64,000 nt of DNA, taken from positions 754,203 to 818,202 of the forward strand of contig RHPI01000260.1 in assembly GCA_009103225.1 (NCBI GenBank), read 5' to 3'. The first letter of the stretch is position 1; each line of letters starts with the position of its first letter. The notes below the pieces were generated by a model that saw only the letters and a list, made by a program, of their open reading frames with translations, made no database searches and was not told where the DNA came from. The DNA comes from Chlorokybus atmophyticus (taxonomy: Eukaryota; Plantae; Mesostigma and Chlorokybus algae). The position numbers and the translations under genes are program-made. Below are positions 1-11,016 of the stretch, piece after piece.

Positions 1-1
1 A

Positions 2-2540
2 AGAGGCAGATTTTATGGGTTTATCGCTGCTAAGGCTTTGAATGAAGACTTTGGCAAGCCTGGGTACATCCAACCTAGCCTGCTTACAAAGTTCCAAGTT
101 CTTAAACCTTTCTTAACACCCAGCTCTTGTAGGGTCAAGATCTTGAACCTCTCTTAGCTGCATGCCATTTGTCTGAACGCAATTGTTATGCTTGCAGCAA
201 TCAGGATCGTCTTTGCTCAAAGTACCCTGAGCTTTTTGAAAAGCTCGATTTGCTCTTCTCCAGAGCTTAGACGCATGACATGTTCATGAGAGAGCTGATA
301 GCAGCGAGACCCAAGGTACAGACGAAAGAGTCAGAAAAAGACGTTGAGAAAAAGCCAATAAAGGCGGGCAAGGTGAAAGGGAAAGGCCAGCCCACATATG
401 TCAAACAACTTGAAGATTTGGAACTTCCCGTTGCCATCCGGAAGGATTTTCAAGAACTCACGGACTCCAAGCTGGTCTACAGCCGCCGAAATTAAAGGCG
501 CTGTGGAATTTACGCAGCAAGCAATGTCAAAATTATTGTGGCTGGTCTATTGGCGGTGCATTTATGCCACTGTGCTGTGTTGCATGTAGACGCAAGATGT
601 GGCATTGGAAGAGAAAGCGCCTGCCAGTGATCAGGCAACGTGTCATCCTTCGAATGGACACTGCTCAGCAGTTCCTGGAAGGTCGTTGTCCAAGTCGGAG
701 GAACCCCTGCCATTATTCTACACTGTGTTCATGGATATTGAGTTTGTCACGCATCACAGCAGCGTTGAGGATTTTGGCATCACCAACGAGTGCTTTATAG
801 ACTTATAGACTGAAGGATATCCTGGTCGGCCACAACAAGCCATTGCCTTTTTGGAATATGGTGGTCCTCGTGGACGACGACCATCTTAGCAGCGTGGTGC
901 AGATACTCATACAGGATGCCTTTGCTGAGGAGACATCCGCTTACCACCACGCCAGCAGCAGTAAGTCGTTGTGTTCTAGGATATGCAAGGTCTAGTAACC
1001 TGATGTAGCAACTGAGGCTGCTGTGTTGTCTTCCGCAGAGCAATTGGCTTTCCCACGTACTTTGCATCTCGGGCAAGCAACAACCATGTGGTGGTTACCT
1101 TGCCGTTTCAAGGACAAAGACAATAATGTTGGGTTGCACCACGCAAACCTTGAGCGCTTTTATCAGAGCGTGTGGACCCGAATGGGCGGTGTCGGTAGCC
1201 GGCATATTTATGCTTTGCCACGCAAGTTGAGCCTTCCCAGCTATTACGACGATCAACCTACTATTCCGCAATTGAGAGAAAACCTGCCTCTCCTCCAGAT
1301 CTGAAGAGCAGGGTTGATGCCAGGATGGCGCTGATCAAGGTTGATGAGGGTCGAGATCTGCTAGAGATTCTGCTCGACGCCAGGGCAGTAGCTGACCGCA
1401 GAAATGCTTTGCTCACTAACGTAATGCGGAGTTGTTGGACCGCTCAAATGGCGAAGTTCCAAAGTAAGATGGTCAACCAAGCTCAGCGATTCTCTCGGAA
1501 GTTTGCTCTCGACTATTTGCCTTATCGCAAGGACACCAGTGAGATGTTCTTCTTGGACCTTGGTGTTGGTGCTGCGGGCTTTGCAACGTATGCCCTAAAG
1601 CAAGGGTACAGCGGATTTCTTGTAGACCCTGACCACCTGCATCCACGCTTTGAGTGTGTATTGCGGAAAGTTTAGCAAAGCCTACGAGGAGCTGGTAAGC
1701 AGAGTGTGCACTTTGAGTTAATGGACCTCTCATATTTCAGCTCTCTGGCTGACCACTTTGCTTGCGTAGGAGAAGCACAACTACGGACTGGATAGCGAGT
1801 ACAGGGCACTTACAGGAGAACCCGCAGTGACGCCTGTGCCGCTTCCACGAGTCAAGACGCATGCGGCCATTGCCAAGGACATTGTGCGTGAAATGTTCAC
1901 AGGGTTCAACCACAACTCCGCTCGGCACCTTGCGATGCTGGGTCAGTGGCTGACCAAGGACAATGCTGCGCAAGAAGCTGGGGGTGACGATAAGTTCAAG
2001 AAAGTAAAGCAATGGGTGTTTCAATCAGTGGCCAATGCTGTGACAAGTAAGCGCCTTGTGTTGTGACATGTGTGAGCATTGCCGAGGATCAGTTACGGGA
2101 GGTATCATAATCCGCATGTCTGTTTGCAGTAAATGGCTACGCAGAGGCGCTGGAAGAAATGGCAGACGATCAGAAGTGGCAGGAGCTGCACGACGAGCTG
2201 CAGAAGGCAGATCGCCCCAGCTGACGCTGCATCTATGGACTTGGATGCTGAAGCTGCTGTAGAGCCTCCTGCTGATGAGCACAAGGACAAAGGCGACAGC
2301 AACAAGCAGGCGAGTTCAGATGCAGAGTAGGACAATAATGCTGCTGCAGAGACCAAGCAAGCTGAAGAGGCTTTGCGGCATTGGCTGGCTGATTTGATGG
2401 ATAAGTTTTTGGACCTCAACTATCTGAGCGGCGATGAAGGCGAGCCCTCGCCCAATGAAGCGAAGCCCATCAGCAGCAGCGGCAACGTTGTGAACCTGAC
2501 AGCCAACAGCCCCAAGGAGGCTAATGTCCTTGATGAATAA
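2..2540 (+). pseudogene. Decayed multi-exon gene with SAM-dependent methyltransferase-like motifs (5' end runs off the window)
   Basis: Protein-like reading segments are broken by stops and frameshifts. GT-AG introns are recognisable (961-1038, 1696-1740). ORF 1325-1675 has a motif-I-like FFLDLGVGAAGFATYALKQGYSGFLVDPD, and an acidic tail follows at about 2130-2540. Confidence 0.45.
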
Positions 2541-2555
2541 AAAAAATGTGAGATA

Positions 2556-2999
2556 ATGAACGAGTCAGATGTGGCCTCAGGGAGCCGCTCACAGTTTACA
2601 GGCTGTTTTGTCCCTAATTGTAATATCACTGTTGACTTCGACAGCATGTACCCCACCAAGTGCGGCGCAGCTGGGTGTGCCAAGCAGTTGCACGACTTGT
2701 GCATTACACGCTTAATAGGAAAGGAAGAGGTTCAGCAGACCCTATGCACCGAACACCACCCCGACGTGTCTGATGAATGGAAGCAGGCAATGGCAGACCA
2801 AGGCAAGACAACCCAGGCACGCAACATCCGAGGATGCAGTGTTTGTCGAGATGTTGAAGGCTGCAAGCAGTGCTGGCCTCCGGAATCACAGCAGGAGTCT
2901 CAGGTGGCGAGCCTTTCAGACTTGGATGTGGTTGGGTATGCAAGCCAACTCTCCATCCCAAGTGCAAGCCAAGTCTCCGGCAATGCCTCGCCGCTTTGA
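2556..2999 (+). CDS. Cys/His-rich PHD-like zinc-finger ORF (147 aa, single exon)
   Basis: Intact ATG-to-TGA ORF with CFVPNC...KCGAAGCAKQLHDLC...LCTEHH followed by CSVC...CKQC. The spacing resembles a PHD/C5HCH finger. Confidence 0.5.
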   Translation: MNESDVASGSRSQFTGCFVPNCNITVDFDSMYPTKCGAAGCAKQLHDLCITRLIGKEEVQQTLCTEHHPDVSDEWKQAMADQGKTTQARNIRGCSVCRDVEGCKQCWPPESQQESQVASLSDLDVVGYASQLSIPSASQVSGNASPL

Positions 3000-5505
3000 A
3001 GGCTCATGATAATAGAGTTCTACTACCTTGCTATTGTCAGCATGTCCAATAAGTGTTGCTCCCAGAGATAATCTTGTACAGTAGGACATATAGTTGGCTT
3101 GTTTGTGACGTTGTGCATGCTGTATCGGTTGCCCTTGTGTGTATAGAACTTACTCCTATGTAAAAAGATATTTAGAGGTGTTGGGGCGTGCTTCTTATGC
3201 ATGACAAGCACATTGCCATAGCTTAGCAAGTTCAAGATGCTTTGAGTTTGCCTTAAACTAGTTGAGATATAACACGCTCAGATGTGTTGCTTAAGTCATC
3301 AAAAGCGTATCATATCGTGCATAAACGCAAACTCTGCCTCAACTGCAAGTAGCTTGCACATAGTGTCAACTGATATAGTATATCTTGAAAATGACAAATT
3401 GCAGTTGATTACATTGAAAGTTAGCATAACGTTGCACCAAAAGTGTCCCCCCGGATCTAGCTACACGCCATGATCGTTTCTTGGCAATGTCCACTCAGGT
3501 ACCCATTGGAATTGAGTTGTATGCACATATGTTTTTAGCGTGCGACACATCATCACGCAGATGAAAGCCTGGTACCAAATGGATACATGAAGTTCACTCA
3601 GGGAGGCTCAGCCAGGCTGAGCTGTGGCATGGAGCGATCAACAAAGGTGCATCTTACAAGCGCACAACATGTGGCAAGCAATGATGGACAGCACGAGAGT
3701 TGGGACGCTGCTTGGTGCATACCTGCTGATGGCGACAAGGTGAGGCTATGAATCTCACAAGTATACCGCACTGCCTCTTGTCACACAACCAAAGAGTGTT
3801 ATTAATGTAATAGTGTGAAGTGCCAACATGTTTGTACGCGTTCTTGCATGCATGGGTGCGTGCATTCTTGTGTGTTCATGTGTATTCAAGCAGATGTGCA
3901 TTGCTCACTCATTGTGATTGATGTTGCGTGTACGCAGAGCCAATCCCGCAACTTGCAGAATATCAGGTGTCACGCATCATCACGGGTACGCTGCAATTGG
4001 GGCGGCCCAGCTAGCAAACTTGCCAAGGAGTGCATCAGGTGAACTGCGCGAGGCGTTTGTCGACAAGGCCAGCCTCTTTGTAAACTTGGCAGAGGAGTAA
4101 ACACCAAACACTAGTATGTCCTCAAGTTGGAGAAACGTCAGGCTCACAGATATGTAGCAGTCACGCATGCGTAGAATTGTGCAGTGCTTTTTGCCAGTTT
4201 GCAGATTGACTAGCAGTTGCTTGTTGTGCATGCACGTGTGCATGCAGACAAAGCATGTCAAGGCATGGTGAAGTGTTGTGCACTGGTTTGTGACAATGCA
4301 GTTCGAGCTGTGCAGTATGGGCATGGCAGGTCTAGCAAGTGGTTGTGCGCGTATGTGAGACACCAGGTATCGGAGCAACATGGATGGGTAAACAATAGAC
4401 TAACTACTGTTCCACCTGGGAGTGTAGGAGTCTTGTTCGTGACAAGGACACCTTTCACGTGCTTGCAAGCAAAGTGCACTGCCTCCTGGTGCGCGTGCAC
4501 TAATGCGTTGCACGGGTACACTCCCTGCATAAGGCTACGGAATGTGGACGCTTGATGGCTTGTGCATAAGCCAACACCTTGCTGGTTGTTGCAGCATTGA
4601 TGTGTGCACTTGAGCATGCATAGTACATGCAGTTATGCAAGTACGATGAGAACATAGCATGCAGGCAGCAATAATTATCACGTTGACCACAGGGCTCAAT
4701 TACTCTACCGCCTAAGTCAACACCAACTTCTTAAACTCTATTATTATGGACATAACACCACCAACACTACCAACCCGTTAGACATGCAGGCATGCATGAC
4801 ACGCAGTCGTAATCACCTGCCCAAGCGGGCTCTTGTTATGGTGTGAAGTGGAGCAGGTTGCATGCTTTTGGTTGCTGAGTGCATGTAACCTGACCCTTCA
4901 GATGAGGGGTGCCAGCGCATAGGGATAAGTTATCACAGGTTGAAACGCATATATACTCAGCTGGCGCAAGCTTCGGCGCCTGGGGAGAAATTTTGACATA
5001 TTGTCATCTGTGTGCCCTCCAGTCTGCATGTGGTTGCACGACTGGGAGCAGCTGGACCAGAAACACACGTTCGATATTTCCCATGCCAACTAGTCAACTA
5101 CCTGTACACGAATACTGCATGAGAGACAGCTGTGCACAATACAAGAAATGCAACTAGATATGTGGTAGTGGCACAAATGCAGCTGTAAGCAGAGCTTTGG
5201 AGAAGCAGCCAGTCATTGGAACTGACGACCTGGAATTTACTCTACAAGACGACATTGAGAGCCCCACACGATGATGGTTTGTTGTCTTGTTGAACACCTT
5301 TGAGGGAAACATCGTTGTCAAAGCCATGAAGTATAAGCAGATTACGACTAAGGTAGCAAGCAGCACAAGCCAACCAGCCAAAGGCCAACCATCAGCACAT
5401 CTGTTTGCCAATGCCAGTCAGGAACACTGCAAAGTTCAACAGACATGAGCTCTTATTTACAGCTGTTGATCAGACGCAACACAAGCAACCATACCCACAC
5501 ATTCT

Positions 5506-6683
5506 CTAGTCATCGCGTGCCAGGGGTCGGGGCTGAGCTGGCCAGGCGGCTTGGCGAGCACCCGCAACAGACATCTCCTCCGCTGGGAACACCGCTTTGA
5601 TAATGCCTGGGGTTCTTAGCAACCTTCGGCCCTGCAACACAGAGAAGTGTCAGCCTGCTAATCTATGCACGTGACCACCAATCCCGCCAATTGAGACGGT
5701 AGGTCACTTACCGTCATCCGTGGATACACATCCTCCAAGAAGTAATACGCGTGCCCAGCGGCGATGCCCTGCAGCAAAGTCAATATCAGGAACTTGGAGT
5801 TTCCAACAAACAGAGAGCATGCACATGGAAGCAAGCAAGCAGACTGCGCTTACCAACAAGTCTACCACAGGACTGCTGCCCAGCATCACAGAGAACGCCA
5901 GAAGCACCTACACACCGGCGCTAAGGGTGATATTTTGCACCAGCCAGACGATGTGCATGTATAAGAGAGATCACTACGCTCTTACCCATGGTAGGTATGG
6001 AGCAGTGAAGTTAAACCAGCCCATGAAGCTCATTTGTACATGCTGATTGCGTCGGCCCCAGACGTAGACCATCATGAAAGTGAGAGACGAACCCAAAAAC
6101 TGGATCCTCACAAAAGGCGCAACCGCTGTCAGAAGCAAGCCACCAAAAAGCAGCATGTAAAAGAAGTCCGCCGTCCGCCCTCGGAACGAACCCTCTTCCA
6201 ACAGCTTGCAATACCGTGCCAAGAAAAACATGTGAAAGAGGAAGTCCAAGCCTGCACCACCATTGTTATTCCATGCCTGGCTGCTTTGCTAAGCCAATCG
6301 CAAGCAAACTTGCAGACCAGATTGCGCTTAGTCAGCCAAAACAAGCAAGCAGGACACAACTGCATACAAGCAGCACAGCATTGTCGCGCACCTAGTTTGC
6401 CAAAGAAGAAAAAGTTGGTGAACAATCGCCACAGCTGCAGGTCGTGGAAAATAAGCTTGGGGTTGAAGTAAACAGAGTATGGCGATATGACCTGCGATTG
6501 GAATGTCAGACTTCAACTCAGCCAGCAGACTACCCCAGCATGTTGATCATACCCAAGCATGATAGACATGACAAGCAGATATACCTCAAGTGCGCAGCCA
6601 GCCGTCGTCAGGAAGCTGAGCGTGAGGTATGAGCGTGTGATGATGGGCATGGACTTGTACCAATCCTCGATGTTCTGTGCCAT
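5506..6683 (-). CDS. DER2: Derlin-2-like ERAD membrane protein
   Basis: Spliced exons give [21 protein letters not shown]..., [11 protein letters not shown]...[40 protein letters not shown]...[21 protein letters not shown] and [15 protein letters not shown]...DD*. This closely matches plant Derlin-2. Confidence 0.95.
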
Positions 6684-6942
6684 GTTGAAAGCGCTGCTCA
6701 CACCTGCTCACTCGCACTCGGTTACTCTTCTCCGACCAGTAATTTTACACTCTTCCAAACAATCACGATCGCCGCCTTCGCCGTCCACCCAGCATTGCCA
6801 GCGACAGTGTCGAGAGGCAGCTATTGCAGAAGTATTGAAGAACCGCAACCAGCACCTCGTCACTACGCGGCAAAGCTGCCGCCTTCTTGTTCGCCTCTTC
6901 CTCCTCTCCCTCCTCCGTCCGCCGCCGCCGCCGTCCTGCTGC

Positions 6943-7100
6943 TGCCACGTGGCACGGTTTAGCCCTAGTATTACAACAACGCTGACGACAACGCTGACTC
7001 GAGTAGTGGCGACAACGCTAACGCTTGGCTCTAACGCTAGCTTCTAGGGCTTGGCCTGATCTGATCGGCCTGGTCTGGCCTGGTTTGGCCTGGTCTGGCG
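6943..7100. promoter_or_regulatory. Putative bidirectional promoter Derlin/FAM114-like with G-box palindrome and short tandem motifs
   Basis: TGCCACGTGGCA at 6943-6954, three ACAACGCT motifs (about 6976-7020) and a GGCCTGGT(C/T)T 10-mer tandem (about 7068-7099), all between two divergent start codons. Confidence 0.5.
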
Positions 7101-7263
7101 GGTAGGTCAGGCGGTTTGGGTGGGCTTGAGCGAGACGGTGCAGAGGCTAACTGCCGGCGGTGGAGAGCTGACCAGCTGTCGCAGCTGCGTCTGGGCATGG
7201 CTTGAGCTGATTGTCAAGCTGTAGGTGGTAGTTGGTTAGCGGGCCGTGGAGCAGCTTGTCAGC

Positions 7264-10200
7264 ATGGCGGATCTGAAAGCAGGTGCGATTGACGATGACG
7301 ATGGCGTGCTTCTGGAAGCTGTGAGACTGGGCAGCGATGATGACGAAGATTACGGCGACAAGCATGAAAGCCAGCCCGTAAGTCGTCTTTGGCCACTGCG
7401 TTGCAAGTCGAAAACGTTGCTGGCAGTAACTGTAGATTTGCAGAGCTGTTGGTGCTGTTTGAGTAGCCATACTCCTTTAAAAATCGAATACGTGCAAAGC
7501 AAGTAGGTAGTTCGTCACCCAGTACATCAATGTCAGCATGCAAGCCAAATGCATTGCGTTACGTTGCATGGCTTCGCCTCGCGACGTTTGTGCGACATGC
7601 TTGTACGCATCCGATCGCAGTGTCAAAGCAGTATGGCTAAACGTGGTGCGTGGTCATGCAATGCGTCTGTGTGAGCGCTGATGGAGTTGCTCCTACGCTG
7701 ATAAACACAGGCGGCAACAAGCAAACCAGTAGGCACAGTCACTGAGATAGAGGAGGTCGCTGAGACTCCTCCGAAACCAAGGACTGAGGATTATGATGAT
7801 GACGACGAGATCGACGAAGCATATGGTGCCAGAAACAATCTCTCAGGTTGGGGATGGGGAGGGTGGGCTCAGAGCGCGCTGCAATCAGTCAATGCAGTTA
7901 CCAGGGAGGTCACAAAAGCGTCGCAGGAGATCAGCCAGCAGGTACCGCTTGAACATGCATGTTGCATAAGGATAACGCTGTCAGCTGCAGTAGCTGCCAG
8001 GGGTGGTAGTCATGACATATATTAGTGCGCCGGGCTGCCTTACAGGTATGCATTGATTGTGGCAGGCTCTCAAGACTGTGAAGGGCGCAGCGGATGCTGT
8101 GTCGCATACAGTGGTGGACACGCTGGTAGATCTGGCTGGCGATGAGGACACAGACCCGGAAACTGAAACGACCAGCACCGAACAGTACGCATGTCATCGA
8201 TGAGTTGGTGTTGTGTTGCATGGAAGGATCCTCCAACACTCTTGCATCTGCAGGTCACCACTAAAAGCTGCTGCGGCTGAAACGGCTACGGTCGAGGCAC
8301 AGAACTTGGATGAGGTGGAGCGCAGTGCCAAGTCTGTCTTGGATCGATTGGATAAGCAACGTCCTGAGCCGTCACCCTTGGATGCCAGCTTGCGTGTCCT
8401 GGACTCAGTGGAGAACCTAACAGCAGGGGCACTGACGGCTTTGGGCAGTGCATTTTCGCGCGGTATGAGCGTCGTGCAGAGGTAAGCCTGACATGGCGTG
8501 TTAACACGTCTTAGTTTTTCACCACCATTATATGCCATGTGTACAGTAGTAAACAATTGCTGGCTTGCAGAGTGGAGTCATCCACCGTCGGCTTGGCCAA
8601 GAATGGCGGGCTTGCTAACCTCGCGACCACGTCAAAGCAGGTAAAGCTGTGTTCTGACCTCTGTCCTTCCATGCCTGACCTCTTGCTCTGGCATTGGCAT
8701 AACCATGTGCAAACCTGCAGTGGACATCCTCCTTGGCAGCCCGCGGCACAGGTGCCCTGGAGTCCGTTGGTTCCGCTGCGATCAACTTTCTGGCACCGCC
8801 TCCCAGTTCCAGACAGGCCACATCCGGACCCTTGTCTGCGGTTGGAGGCCCCTTGAATGCACCAGGGCAGAATGAGAACACCTTTGACAGATGCTTCTAT
8901 ATCTTTGGGGGCCATGAGCACCTTGAGGAGTTGGAAGCCTTGGCCAACAGCCGCCAACTCAAATGCGTTGAAGCACGCGATGCCATGACCGCCGAGCAGC
9001 GAAAGGCATATGAGGAACACGAGTTGCAGGTCAAAGAGGTATGTGAGTTTGCAGGCCAGACAAGTAACACATAATACATGGTAGTTTATTTGCTGACCAT
9101 GCACTTTGGCCTATGAATGGCTGTGCCAGGCTTTGGATTTGGAGGCGGATAGAGAGTATGATGACGAAAATGATGCTGAGTTAGAGTTGGACCCGCACCC
9201 TGACCTCAGCGCATTCACATCACTAAGCCAAAATGGAGCACAGATGGCAAACACGTTAGCTGCAGAGTCCCTAGAACCCCCACTGGCAGGTGAGACTTGC
9301 ATGGTTACTGCATTACCTTCATGGATGCATACAACTTGCATGTGTTGGCATCATGCGCCTCCAGCTGCATGCCAGTTGTGAACCACTGCTGAGGTGAACA
9401 TCTGCAGCTGATGATGTTGGTGAAATTGGTGGCGCTAAGCTGTCTGTTCGAGCGTCAAAGGGCATAGAGGTTGTGCGCACTGAGGGAGTTCAGGTGTGTC
9501 TTTGTGTCTCTGTTGATGTTGCTGCAGTCGTCTGCTGGTTGTGCAGGTACTGAGTTTGGCAGCTTGTTGTGATCACAGAGGCTGTCTGAGCTCTGCTCTC
9601 TATGCGTGGGCCACCTGCTTCATTTAGCTCAAGGCGTTTCGCTAGCCAAGAGGAACGAGTCACAGCCGGCACCTGATGCTGCGGCTGATGCAACAGGCAC
9701 CGATGCAAGCGCTGCTGAGAGTGTCAAGTGGCCAGAAGCCTGCGGCGAGAAGGCGCAGGTTGTTCGAGCACACGCTCGCCAAATGCTGCAGGAGCTGGAG
9801 AGTTTATCAGAAGGCGTCATGGAGGGCATTGGCAGCATTGTTGAGGTGTGCGCCCATGTGCTTGTGATGCCGCTGCAGGGGGCGCTGATGTCATGTTGTG
9901 TGCATGTTTGGTTGTGTGTGCATCACGCTTCCAACACAATTCCTTTCATGACTGTGCGTGTTCACTAGGTCTTCAATAAAGCAGCAAACTCAGTCCCTGA
10001 GCTCGATGCCAGCTGGACTGAAGAGCAGAAGAAGGCGCTTAAGGTGGCAAGCAAGACGGCCAGTGACGCCTTCTACCTTGACAGTATGGCTGCTGCAACA
10101 TGTATCCATGTAAGCGCATGAACTGCATGGAGTATGTTGTGCTTAAGGCTTAAGCAAGGATACTTCTCTGTCACTATGTATCCACACTTTAGGGTGTGGT

Positions 10201-10315
10201 CAGGTGGTGGTCCTTCAAGTTAACCTTTGCTTGCAGTTGCTGACAGTGGGCTGTTATGTATGTGCAGGATGGTGCTCGGCACATGGTGCCCATACTGCTG
10301 GCGACGGCATTGTAG
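7264..10315 (+). CDS. FAM114A/DUF719-like protein (plant At2g15860-like)
   Basis: Multi-exon gene with an acidic N-terminus, SGWGWGGWAQSALQSV, ENLTAGALTALGSAFSRGMSVVQR, TFDRCFYIFGGHEHLEELEALA and VKWPE. It ends DGARHMVPILLATAL*. Confidence 0.85.
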
Positions 10316-10592
10316 ATTAGCTTGCGCAATTGTGCGTGTACATCATCATGTCCTGTATATTGACACCCACTGTACTGGTGTTGCTTGTTACGATACCAAT
10401 TCACACTGACACGTTTGCCATTCCTTGCGCCGCCAGCACCTGAGGGTGTTTGCTTGTGGTCTTTCGCATTAATAGATTATTCACTGTGTACGGCATAGAT
10501 ATCTGCTGGACATAGGCTAAGGCAGTTCCTGGCTTGCAAATCGTCAATGCCCACCACTAGCGGTTGGCTGCAATACATGCACAATCACACAT

Positions 10593-10662
10593 TGTTGGAC
10601 ATGATCAATGTGTGCAAGGCATTTGTTGCATATCTGGAATAGTTTTGGAGATTTATGTACAC
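10593..10662 (+). repeat. Dispersed repeat, copy 1 (matches 27721-27790)
   Basis: Ungapped 70-bp alignment with 62/70 identity by manual comparison. Confidence 0.85.
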
Positions 10663-11016
10663 AGACCCCTCTCAAAGTTTTCCGTATAATGCACGGGTAG
10701 CATGTTTTGCATGTTAAGCTCATGCGCAATGCCTAGCAACTGGTCAAACGCTCAAGTGAACGTTATACATAACATGGGTCTTGTGAGCACAAGAAGTTGT
10801 AGCCAGTAATGCCTAACGCCTAACCGCGACACACAACAAACTAGTAAATAACCTAGTGCTTGTACATGCATTTCTCTTGGCTTGGCTTGGCACACACATG
10901 TGATGGAGCACCGCGTACACACGATACTCCATGCTTTATGTGCTGATGCGAGCGCAACGCAGTTCCCGCGACAGTCCACGTGGCAGAATCACCACAGCAA
11001 CGTCTCCGCATCCAGC

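Noticed and set aside
1-2540. Alternative genetic code (stop-codon reassignment) to explain the in-frame TAG/TGA codons
   Set aside because: Conserved genes in the window end in TAA, TAG and TGA normally, and this region also has frameshifts, so decay is the simpler explanation.
6763-6948. 61-aa ORF upstream of Derlin as a second cistron
   Set aside because: It starts at GTG and consists of low-complexity GCC/GA leader sequence with no protein-like features. Only a 10-aa ATG uORF is present.
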